Assembly (NCBI GenBank): GCA_964057225.1
Contig: OZ059895.1
Span: forward strand, 6,510,001-6,574,000
DNA length: 64,000 nucleotides
Direction: 5' to 3'
Source: Auanema rhodensis
Lineage: Eukaryota; Animalia; Nematoda
Shown: piece by piece, positions 1 through 11,400 of the stretch
How the letters are laid out: every line of letters begins with the position of its first letter
Numbering within the stretch: the stretch's first letter is position 1
The notes under the pieces: generated by a model
Seen by the model: the letters and a program-made list of their open reading frames with translations, nothing else
Told to the model about the DNA's origin: nothing
Databases searched by the model: none
Position numbers and translations under genes: made by a program

Positions 1-1738
1 TCAGTAAGAGCAATTAACACTTTTCGGAACTCCTCAGCCAGAAAACTAAAAAAAACAGTGGGTGCTTCAACACTATTTTAAATCGCTTGTATATTACCTA
101 GAAGATTGCTTCATATCATCATTAATGCCGTTGTTAATATATGAGGCTGCCCGTCTAGTGTTGTAACGCGGAGATGCAATGGGTAAACTGCTATCTTCAA
201 TGATATCATCATCCGGTTCCAGCATTGGTAATCGCGTTAAATATTCTCGGAATATGTCAGTCACACTATAGAACAGTATATTTCCGAATATATACATGTA
301 TTATTTCTTTACCAAAGTGCTTGTACCACTGCATTCATGAAACAGGTATTACCCAAATTTCTTAAACCTCGGGGTTTTAATTCTTGCATACAATTTTTTG
401 AAATCTTGATAGACATAAAGTGATCTTCATTGTTGATTTGCTAAAATCATTCGACTGATCCATATAGATTATCAAAAACGCCTTATCAAACCTTTCGTTT
501 GCGGGGCCTGAGAAGGCGTCCGCCTACTAAGGCACCGGGTAAATGATTGTGCTGAAAATTAGGGAGCGCCTCTTCTTCAGGAACAGAACCACTATCTTCA
601 TCTTGATTGTAAAATCTAAACATGACCATTTTGAAACTAATATAGCGTTTACGGTGGGACCTCCCCGATGCAGGTTGTGGAATTATCTCGTCTTCTTCCT
701 CAGTACCCAAGTCAATACCGTCTTCCGAAGAGTAGGACCCAGATCTTTGCCGGGCAGCATACGAATGATCGAGACATCTATATTGAATCGTAAAATAAAC
801 TTTAAAAGATTGATGTTTTTTTATAAATGAAGCCGCTGACACGAATACGATCATGAAGAAAGAAGAAAATTACATTGCTTTTTATATTTTAATTTTTTTT
901 GAATTATACTTCAGCCCTTCATTGGCAAGAATTATATAAATGTATTTTATTATGATAAAATGAATCGTTAAAGTCTGCTTTATTCAGACCAAGAAAAAAT
1001 GTTTCGAAATACCTAGCAATTAACCGCAAATCTTCTTCACTCTCATTTCAGGCTTCAGTATTTAAAAGAATAACACGCATTAAGGATTAATATACCTTGA
1101 CTTGTTTAGAAATATCAAAGATTTGCGAACAGAGTGAACTCGTCCATCTGACGTATCGCCTTCAACAAAGCTATCACAGGAGTAGCTGTAAGAGCTACAT
1201 GAGAAATGCGCTATTTCAGTAATTATTTCAAATTTCATAACCAAAGAATCAAAATAGTAATATCCTACGCTGATTCAAAGCACCTTCATGCAACAGCGGA
1301 AAATATAAACCACAGTTGCGAAAAGCATTGATGATGAGAATCATGTCAAAATTTTGAGTTTACGTACCAAAAAAGTTCGCCCGAATTACATTGCATGGAT
1401 ACACAGTGTCTAGAGTCATGAGATTGCTTTTCTGAAGCATGACTCAGTCCATGCCCTTTAACATATCTTCCACAGAAAATTAAACCGCAGCACAAGCATA
1501 GCCAAGGACTATCCGTTGAATCACAAACAACACAATTCCACTGTACCTTTTCACTAAAACTGACTAAGAATGAAAAAAACACTTGCTGCTCTTACGCTTC
1601 GCCAGAATATGAATGTTTTCTGGTAAGCATACGACTTGATCGACCGGAGTCTTCGCATCCTTCTCGTTTATTTTGAAGCCGACTAAGATCTACCCCGGCG
1701 ATGATTACAGATTGTGATATATGAGGGCAATCGAGCAT
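1..1738 (-). CDS. usp-3: Ubiquitin-specific protease with N-terminal ZnF-UBP domain (USP3-like); multi-exon, 3' end outside the window
   Basis: ATG at 1738 gives MLDCPHISQSV, like USP3 MECPHL. The ZnF-UBP reads WNCVVCDSTDSPWLCLCCGLIFCGRYVKGH...CYSCDSFV. The catalytic Cys box PRGLRNLGNTCFMNAVVQAL lies at about 320-375. The GT-AG introns checked keep the frame. Confidence 0.85.
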
Positions 1739-2056
1739 CACCGATGACCTCTATAACGTTTATATAATTAAAAAAAATATTTAAATAAATAGAAAGAAAC
1801 CGATTATATCGACTGTTCGCGGTTTCCAATAATAACTTAGCACGTGATACCTCAAATGCTTTCTATAAAATTTAAGTTGATACTTTCTAACATGGATAAG
1901 AGAGCAACGAAAATCATATAATACCAAATTGGTGAAATAAATAACAAAGGAAATCATTATGCAAAATTCCAATTATATTAACTATAGTGAGGGCGCAGTA
2001 AGGAAAGCGCCCGTTGGTTGGCTGTTGGATTATAGTACAAGACTACGGTATATTAT

Positions 2057-2140
2057 GGGTCTCGGCGCGATACACTTGAAAATAAAAGTGGTGACAGCCC
2101 TTTAAAAATTTGAGAGAGAAAACTATCATCTGGCCTAAAT
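2057..2140 (+). promoter_or_regulatory. Three-motif module (GGGTCTCG / AGCCCTTTAAA / GGCCTAAAT) in the usp-3/rps-6 bidirectional promoter
   Basis: Motifs start at 2057, 2096 and 2132. The same three motifs occur in the same order at 27114-27188. Confidence 0.6.
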
Positions 2141-2309
2141 TTCTCTTAATATTTTCTCTGTAAAAATTAGTTTTAACAGTTTTAAGGTGTTCTTTGGATT
2201 AATGTAATTTTGTTTTAATAGATAATTCATCGAATTTCTCATTATATTTCATATCTATCATACAATTAGTTAGTATTGCTTGATTTAGGTAAACAGCTAC
2301 ATCTTAAAG

Positions 2310-3350
2310 ATGAAGCTTAACTTCGCCTATCCGGCGACTGGTCAGCAAAAGGTCATTGACTTCGAAGATGAGAAGAAACTCCGTATCTTCTACGAAAAGC
2401 GTATGGCCCAGGAAGTCGAAATCGACTCTCTCGGAGACGAGTGGAAGGTAATATTTTTTTACTGTTTCTTTTTTCATGCTTATCTTTTTCCAGGGATATG
2501 TTGTTCGTATCACTGGAGGTAACGACAAACAAGGTTTCCCAATGAAGCAGGGTATTCTTACCAACGGACGTGTCCGTCTCCTCCTCAAGAAGGGACAGTC
2601 TTGCTACCGCATCCGTAAGACCGGAGAGCGCAAGCGCAAATCTGTCCGTGGTTGCATCGTTGATGCTAACCTCTCCGCTCTCTGCCTTGTCGTTGTGAAG
2701 AAGGGTGAGTAAGCGAACCACCTGGAAAACTCTAAATTTACTTTTTTTACAGGAGACCAGGACATCGAGGGTCTTACCGATACTGTCCTTCCCCGCAGAC
2801 TTGGACCAAAGAGAGCCTCCAAGATCAGAAAGCTTTTCAACCTTACCAAGGAAGACGATGTCACTAAGTACGTCATTACCCACGAGAAGACCAAGAACGG
2901 TATGTAGTATTTTTTTTGTGAATAGCTGTAAGTCACGATGCATCAACAATATTTTGAATGTGTGGTTGACTAGCAGCAATATTAACATCTTCAGTATCTG
3001 CCCGCTATCTCTGATTTTCATACGATTTTGGGTTCGTAGCAAGATAACATTTTTCTTTTTAGGAAAGACTCGTGTTGTTGCCCCTAAGATCCAAAGACTT
3101 GTTACCCCAACTGTCATTGCCAGACGCAAGGCCGTCATCAGAAAGAAGAAGGCTCAACGTGTCAAATCCCGTGAGGATGCCGCTGCTTACCACAAGCTTA
3201 TGACTAAGTACGCCAAGGTAAAGGCTTATTCATTGATCGAATAAACTGTATATCTTTTAGGAAAAGAAAGACGAGAAAATGGCCCGCAGAAGATCATCCG
3301 CCTCCAGATCCTCCGAATCTGAGGCCAAGAAGGCCACCACCAAAAAGTAA
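2310..3350 (+). CDS. rps-6: 40S ribosomal protein S6 (eS6), 5 coding exons
   Basis: [14 protein letters not shown]...[13 protein letters not shown]...[11 protein letters not shown]...[18 protein letters not shown]...[10 protein letters not shown], ending in a Ser-rich [12 protein letters not shown] tail. Stop TAA at 3348-3350. Confidence 0.98.
2925..3052 (+). ncRNA. Intronic box H/ACA snoRNA in rps-6 intron 3
   Basis: Hairpin 1 (GCTG...CAGC, 2925-2977), H box ATATTA (2979-2984), hairpin 2 (ATCTT...AAGAT), then ACA at 3047-3049 followed by TTT. The host intron is about 163 nt against about 45 nt for its neighbours. The 3' pocket is complementary to the conserved 18S sequence CGAUYAGAUAC. Confidence 0.8.
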
Positions 3351-4568
3351 ATGGGAATGTTACTTGTTTGTTTTCCTGTTTATAAAATGTTATTATAATC
3401 TAATATTTGTTTTACTGGTGCTAAATTTTTATATAGTACAATGTGAAGACAATCTGAAAAATACAGGATGAATAACTTGAAAGTGATACAAGCATTGAAT
3501 TCTTGAATAATTGGGGGTTATTGAAAGTTCAAATAGATACGATACGAATGTTGTCGTATAAAAGCATGAATTTCCGTATTATCAAAGAAGCTTCTTCAGT
3601 TACTGACGAGCGAAATGTAGTAAATTTGTCTAAGTGTTAAAGCAGCAATGTTTGTTATTTTAAATTTCGCTCGAATGTTTCATCGTTTGCCCATCAAACA
3701 CTGAAATTGCTACTCTCATTTATTCTTCTGCTTTAGCGTTTGATGCTCATCGATAACGGAAGCACCGTCATGATTTCGGAAATTATAATTTTTTTACTTT
3801 TCTTTAAAAGTGAGACCCAATCTACTTACATCTGCTAGCTTTCAAATACATTTTCTTAGTTTGCTCTCTTTACAATTCAAAATATTGTAATAATAACAAA
3901 GTGGTATGCAGTATATGCACCAAGTGACTGATGAGCTATATTTTTCATTTTTCATTTTGCATGTTACTATTACATATTCTACCTGTACTGTTCTTCTATC
4001 CCTTCCAACGGCAATCCAAGTAAAAAAGAGAAAACAGATTGAATTCGAAATTCCGAAAACGCCGACCAATCTGAACGTAATCCCCCCTTTGTCAATTTCC
4101 ATGAAACATAGTCTCATTCAGTTCGTATACCTGAAATCTCTCAAAGTCTCTTCAGCAAGAACTGCCATATAGCTTTGTTCTACTCTTAATTCCTATTTCA
4201 GATTGTATTTAGTTTTATCTAGTTGAAGTGATCTTTCCAATAAGTTTCAAGGATATCCATATTTCAATATAACACTAAGAGTAAGCATTTGATTCTTTTT
4301 AGAGAAATGACTCAAATTATGTTTCTTCAGAAGTTCAGCAGCAGGGGAGAAAATTCTTCCGCTGCCTTTTGTGGATGTTTGTTTGTTCGTTTACTTTCAC
4401 GTTGTCATCTGATAGTGTAGAAATACGGTGATTAGCGAACAGCTTGGATAAGATTCTACAAACAGTCACATACCTCCCTCGTTTCCCTACAGTTTTTTTA
4501 CTTGTGATCACATTTTAAAGAAAACAATTTATCACCATATTCGAAATATCGGTACTTGGTCCGTTAAA

Positions 4569-7500
4569 ATGCTACAAGGTTAGTTTAGTTTCATCACCAA
4601 TCAATATATCAATTTTACCTCTTGTTCTATATATTTTTTGAAATATTTATGAATAAATATTATACTTAAATAATAAAAATTATTTTAGCGGCAGATATAA
4701 TACTGATCTCAATTGGTTGTCTTTTACTGTTTATTACCTTTTTTGCTATTTTAGTGGCATCAATTGCTTTTAAAAGACGGAACAAGGTACTATTTTACTT
4801 TTACTTTAAAAATTATTTAAAAATAAATTTTAAAATAAAAATATTGTTTTACATTTCTTTAGAAAAAAAATATTTTGTTTTATCGTATTGCATGTTTAAA
4901 ATGAAAATCTCAATAAGATTCTCATTTAGGAAGAAGAAAAACATGCTGCTGAAGCTCAGAGAAAAATTACTCGAGAATTCTACTTGGATAAACCTTCTTC
5001 TGCTACTGTATCTACAGGAAAAGCTCAACTAAACGCTATAGTGATTAATGAAGAAGATCTGAGAAATACATCAAATATAGGTAAATGTTCTAACTGAATG
5101 GGCGTATAAAAGAAAAATTAAAAGTATATTATACGTCAAAAGATTAAATTTTTTCTAAATAATATCTTCAAAATAATGTTCAATCAATCAATTTTCATTT
5201 CTTGTTTTCAATTACATTTTTTTTGTTTTTGAGTTAAATGACTCGAAAATTTATAATATAATATTTTATAATATAATATTATATATATAAGTAATAATTA
5301 TTGATAAATAGATATAAAAAGATATAAAAATGTATATTATTATCTATAATGTCTATTTTGGTTATTTCTTTTGAAAATAATATTCTATCTGTTCACTTTG
5401 AAACACTCTCATCATTCACACAAAATGAAATTATTTCTCATAATTATGAATTGTGAAGTAAATTTATTTTAATTCATTTTGTAGATGTCAGCCCAAGCTC
5501 ATTAAGCTCTAAGAACAAGACGAGTAGTCTTGTTATAGCCACTAGTGGAGAAGCTCTGTCAAAAAGCAGCAGCTCGAAATCACTCAAAAGACCTTCTAGG
5601 TTAGTTTTATTGATGTCATGTGTATGATAGACTGAAAGAAGTTGTTGGGACAAAGTGAGAAGATGGAATATTGAATTAGCAGGAGATAAACAGCTTCAAT
5701 TCTAAAAGCGAACAAACATTTTTTAGACCTATCGAGCTTTGTTTGTCGAATGCGGAAACAGTTGCCGAAAAAGCAAATGCAATTAATACGTAAGTTTTTT
5801 AGCATTTGTTTGAACATCATAATTATCTTGTAGCTTGTGAATTAGGTTATAAAATGATTATTAGATCCATAAAATGAAGTCAAAAACCATACTGTTTTTT
5901 CAATTGTTTAGAAGACATTCCATTTCTTCCTTCCGAGACGTGTTTGATGACTACCGGTACACAGTTCTAAGAGACGAGTTTGAAGTTAGTTGTCGCCTTC
6001 ATATTAACAAAATATTGTTTTTTAAACAGCTATTGAAAAAAAAAAGTTAAAACCGCTTTCAAAAAAACAAAGACATAGAAGTATGTCAAAATAATACTGT
6101 TTTGAAGCATTACTTTTGAGACGAAACATGTGAACTTTGTCTGTGTATTGTTATTTTCTTAAAGCAAACTTGAACAAGTGTTATTTTTTGACTGTGACTA
6201 TATCATATAGTTTATTGTTCGTTCCAAATAATTAGTGATTTTTTTATTTGCTTTGGAAAATGTATCTCGGCATCTAATCGAAAGTACCTTGGGATAAGTA
6301 TACACTTCAGATTCTTGAAGGCCGTGATGTGAATCGTGTGAAAAGTTGCCAAACTGCTGAACAGTATCGTGGCAAAAATAGATTTGGAGATATACTACCC
6401 TGTATGGCATTTTAATGTTCAACGCTTGACTAGCTATTATTGCTTTCAGATGACGAAAATCGTGTACTATTGCGTGAAAATCGCTACATCAATGCCAGCT
6501 ATCTAGATGTGAGTAAATTGTTTCAACTACCAACTTCTTTTGATCATTAGTTTGAACTTTTGCTCTAAAAACAACACAGTTTGCCCTTTTCGGTTTAACT
6601 ATCATTCATTTTTGTTTTTTTTTTAAGATATAAGCACTAACTACTGTCTGTTTTTCAAATGGAATGTACTTAAGGAAGATTTCTTAATAAGCTGTTTTCA
6701 GGGCTACAGACATCCTCATCAGTTCATTGCTACCCAAGGTCCTATGTCTGAAGATGAGTTGGGTAAACGTAAAGAAAATACAATTGCTGATTTCTGGCAT
6801 ATGGTTTGGGAAACTAAAACTTCTTGCATAGTAATGCTGACCGATTGTGTCGAAAATATGCAGGTTTCATCTAATTCAACTAAGTCCCTCACCATACCCA
6901 TATAGACGAAATGTAGCCGATATTGGCCAATGGAACTTGGCCTGTCTGAAGTACATGGTCCTTGCAGAGTCAGTCTGATGGCTGAATCTCGTGATCCAAT
7001 TTGTGATCAACGGGAGCTGGATGTGGTTTGTCATCATGAATCTCGACAGGCATGTTGTTATTGATACTTATTTTGACATTAAATTAGAAATTAGTATATT
7101 TCTTATTTTTCAGGTTACCCAGTTTCATTTCCGAGATTGGCGAGACAGCGAGGCTGTAAGCCCTACTCGCCTTTTGGATTTCATTGAACGCATCATGAAT
7201 AAACGCTTCAATAGTCCAATAATAGTTCACTGCAGGTTAGTAAATTATCCATTACCCCCGAAAGTACTTTACTCTTCTCTCACTTTCTACCCCCCCCCCC
7301 CCCCAACTATTTTTGAATGAACATAATAATCTTTATACGGATGGCACGTTTCGTTCTCAAGAGTCATGAGATTTATAAAATTGGGGTGAATAGAAACCTT
7401 GTTTCACGACAACAAAGATGTCAGATTCGTTTTTCATCCAACTATTAAAGGGGCTGTCACTTTATTACTTGCCCTTCAATTTGATGTATTATAAAAGTGA

Positions 7501-7854
7501 TGCTATGGTTCTATTCTGTTTGACTAGCTATCCAAATTCTAACTATGATTACGAAGTTGACGTTGGCGTTTGCAGTGGTCTTTCGATCCTTTCAAACTTG
7601 AAATACTAATATTTTAGTGCCGGTGTTGGTCGAACGGGTGTTTTCATTGCAACATGGCGTCTACTGGAGCGAGCTCGGCATGAGCGTTCCATTGATGTAT
7701 TTTCGTAAGTTTATATGGATATGTGTGTTCTATACTCATATTCAGTGAAATCGATTCCATGCGTGATCAACGTGGCCGAATGGTTCAATCTGCAGAACAA
7801 TACCAGAATATTTATGAAGCCATATCCACAGCAATTGTCGAGCAGAGGATCTAA
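4569..7854 (+). CDS. Protein tyrosine phosphatase with an N-terminal transmembrane helix and a single PTP domain (start codon tentative)
   Basis: Spliced product has TM IILISIGCLLLFITFFAILVASIAF followed by KRRNK, then KNRFGDILPY, YINAS, FIATQGP, DFWHMVWE, KCSRYWP, HFRDWRD, VHCSAGVGRTG (split across 7235/7618) and QRGRMVQSAEQY. Stop at 7852-7854. Confidence 0.88.
7290..7304 (-). repeat. C15/G15 homopolymer with G-quadruplex potential in a PTP intron
   Basis: Fifteen consecutive C on the + strand. Confidence 0.85.
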
Positions 7855-8470
7855 CAGTATACCCTAACAAAGCATTCTAGCTAACCTATAAAGCAAACTA
7901 CATATATTTTGTTTTAAAAACATGTATTTATTTTTCAACACTAAATATTTATCACAATTCTGTTTGATGAACGTGTTAAGGAAGCGAATCGTGGATGATT
8001 TACCCTTATGCAAATGGAGGGGGGAGGAGATGAGGGAGGAAATATCTTAAGAGAGTATTATATACAAGATATTAAAGTAGGACACTTTTAGCTGATTATG
8101 TGGACTTGGTTCCGAAATTAAATTATGCGGGGTTACCTCGCCTGTATTATTGATGACATTCATGAGACAATTTGAAACAAGACCTCCCGTGTTGAGGACA
8201 TATGAATGAAAGTTGGGTAATTAAGCATAAAAAAATTTTGATTTTGATTATAAACTGACATATACATTTGCTGGAGCATTATTACTGTTTTTCGACACGT
8301 TTACGGTCACAACCACGCACAAAATATGAAGGATGGCAAAGGCGACGGAATGTTATCTTAATGAGAGAACTAGAATTTGAACACGAAACTTCCTTCATAA
8401 AAAGAAGGTTTTCTCATTTCAATAATTTGCAAAGACATTTGGAAAGAAATATGTAGTCAGGACAAGAACC

Positions 8471-11400
8471 CTATTTCAATCTCTGAGTTATACTAGCTAG
8501 TGCTATAGAAAATGCTTGACTAGCAGATAAGGGTCGTCGAAAGTCGAGAGTGTAAGCACCTCCTTCTATTCTACCAAATTGCAAGACTTGCTTTCCATCT
8601 ACTTCAACCTGGAATAGCTTTCAATTATTAAATCATATTTAGTCAACCCAAAGGATTCCACTGTAATATATGGTTAATAGAACAAACCTGGAAATTTTTT
8701 GCGGATTCCTGTGTAACACGACCACCAAAATCCAACTATAACAGAACAATTCAATAAATAGAAGAAACTAATTAATATACCTGATACACTTGATTATGTT
8801 CATTCCAAAATGGAGTTTTATTATGCATAGTAATTATACGATTGTACCTTGGAGGTACAGATCTTCCTTCGCCTAAGGCACTCTTGATCTCTTTGAGAGT
8901 TCTCATTAATTGTCTTACTTCGGCACGAACATCATCGTTAGCGACCTATAGAAAATTCAATTAATAGAAAGAAAATGAAAAATTGATACTACCTTTTTCT
9001 CTATTTCATTAACTTTTCTCAATAATTCTTTCATTTGTGAGCGCATTTTAGTTATTGACGCACGATCTCGTTTCTGAAAGTTCTTTATAAACTCATGTCA
9101 ACATTAGAATAAACGAACCGCGTTAAACCCGTGTCGATGACTCAATTGTCCAGCAATACGAAGTAAAAGGTCTAGTTCAGATTGTAACTCAGCCCTGAAC
9201 CTATCACCCTGCGGTCCTTCTGTACTTGTAGTGGACGGGACTGATGCTTCAACTCCAGAGGTGGAGGACGTCGTGGGATTATGTGTAGGGACTTGGATTT
9301 GAGAGGTAGACGGAAGTAACGAATCCCGATCATCCACTCCATCTGTAAGGTCGGTCAAAGGATTATATCATAGCGATGATGACAACTAACCAATAAAGTC
9401 AAGAGACTCAATTTCATCGTGCCAAGTACTAGTGGTACTCATAGTCAAATCGGATTCCCCTTGACGAGATTCTACTCGAACAGGAGATTCTTTGGAAGCT
9501 GCGACCTAAAAGAAAAACATGACCATATTGCATCTTATTAACAAGTTTCATCTAAGGTTTAGATGTTCGTTCAATTTGTAGAAATTTCGAAGATAATATT
9601 ACCTGAGATGTTCCCTGACCAGATGGTGTTAATTCACATGCTACGCCACTCATAGCTGCTCTTAAAACTGTACATTCACTCACAACCTGGAAATATATTT
9701 AATGGCCCAAAGAAAATAGAATGTTCAATCTGTTCTCAAGGATAATTAAGGATGTACCCACCTTTTCGAAAAAGGCACGTTCCTCTTTTGTTAATCCATC
9801 CGGCTCTTTGAGACTAGTATTCTTTAGTAAACAAGACATATCGTCGTATTCATCTTCACTGAAATAATCAACTTTTCTGGACGAGCACGGGGCAACAAAC
9901 ACATATCCGCTACTGCGGTCGGTAATTGCATTTATCAAGTTCGTTCGCTAAGCAATAACATTATTGGTGAGATATTCCCCCCTCCCTTTTTTTTCTAGAT
10001 TTTCTCTTTTTTATTTCCATTTACGAACCCATTCTCCTTATTCTTGTTTCCAAATTCTTTTCACACTTTTTAGGAACAGTTCAAGTTAATTCACAAAGAG
10101 AAATTTTCTTGAACTATCTGTTATCAGGGTACTACTAAGGAAATCTCCGTGCTTGTTTGAATCGAACTTGACAAAATATAAAACGAAACATTGATTTTCT
10201 CACCTCGATGAAGGTGAGGGACAGAGTGACGGGTGTCTCGATTGGTTCATTCCTAATGGAGACAACAGAGCCAAATCGATCGTCATTTGGCGAGGCTGCA
10301 GGTGGAGCACCGAAGTCTTGTAAACAACCTGAAAAACATCCATTTTACAAGATGGGCACATAATTCTATGTAGTATTTGCCAGATAAAGACTAAGAAAAA
10401 GCTAAAGCTTAAAAACTGAAAATTAAAAGATTTTTCAATCTTGCTTATATATATTCCTTGATATGTGAGCGATTCTTTGCTATATTAACTTTCATGTTTT
10501 GATCAAATTTCTGCATAAACACATTTATAAATGCATACAATAGCAGATTCATAAGATTTTGCCGAAAATTGGATAATGATAAAAGCTTGTTGTATATACT
10601 AGAACATGCCAAAAATATTGTTAGAGGCAATTTGTCAGTTTCGAAGCAATATATTGAATTAAGCCTAGATTGTGAACTAACCTGTCCTAGAAACTCCGGC
10701 AAAAGTTTGGGGCACATGGATGTAATATTGAACCTTGTGCACCAAACATTCGAAGACACTTGAGCTAATCTTAAATCGGTACGTTGAGGGCGAACATGTC
10801 TGAAAAAATAGAATATATCCCTTGGCTTATGATGAATAGCCTTTGTTAACATCGGTTTATTCCTTGTTGAGGAAAAGACTTTTCTCAATTCATGGGCGGC
10901 ATATACAGCATAAAGAACGCAAGATAGCTTGAAAAGCAGAAGTAAAGAACTGCTAGATTATCTGTGCGACTTGCTTCTGTTCCTGCTGTAGTTACTGCTA
11001 TGAATGGATCAAGCCTGTTGCCAAACAAGGAAATCATACGACGAAAAGCTATGGCCTAGTTCGTTGACGTGCCGTAATTGTATAATTACATCCGTCTTGC
11101 ATAACAACTAACCGCGACATGAGTGCCCGTATATGTCTTTTACTCCGCCTCCACAGTGAATTACGTCCAGTGGATCCACGCGGAAGAATGGAGACATCTT
11201 CTGGAACTAGAAAATTAGACTAATGCTAAAAAAACAGACAAATGATCGTGAATCATATAAGCTTAAATTATAAAGAAAATTGCTGGACAAATCGAATGGA
11301 AACTGTACAAAGAACGAGGATTAAATAATCTTAAATGGACATAGACGGCGCCCCTCAACGAACTGACCAGAACGACAAATATTTGAAGTTAATTCCTAGT

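Noticed and set aside
2353-3244. Long ORFs 2353-3138 (-), 2604-2936 (-) and 2705-3244 (+)
   Set aside because: They are antisense or off-frame shadows of rps-6 and run through its introns.
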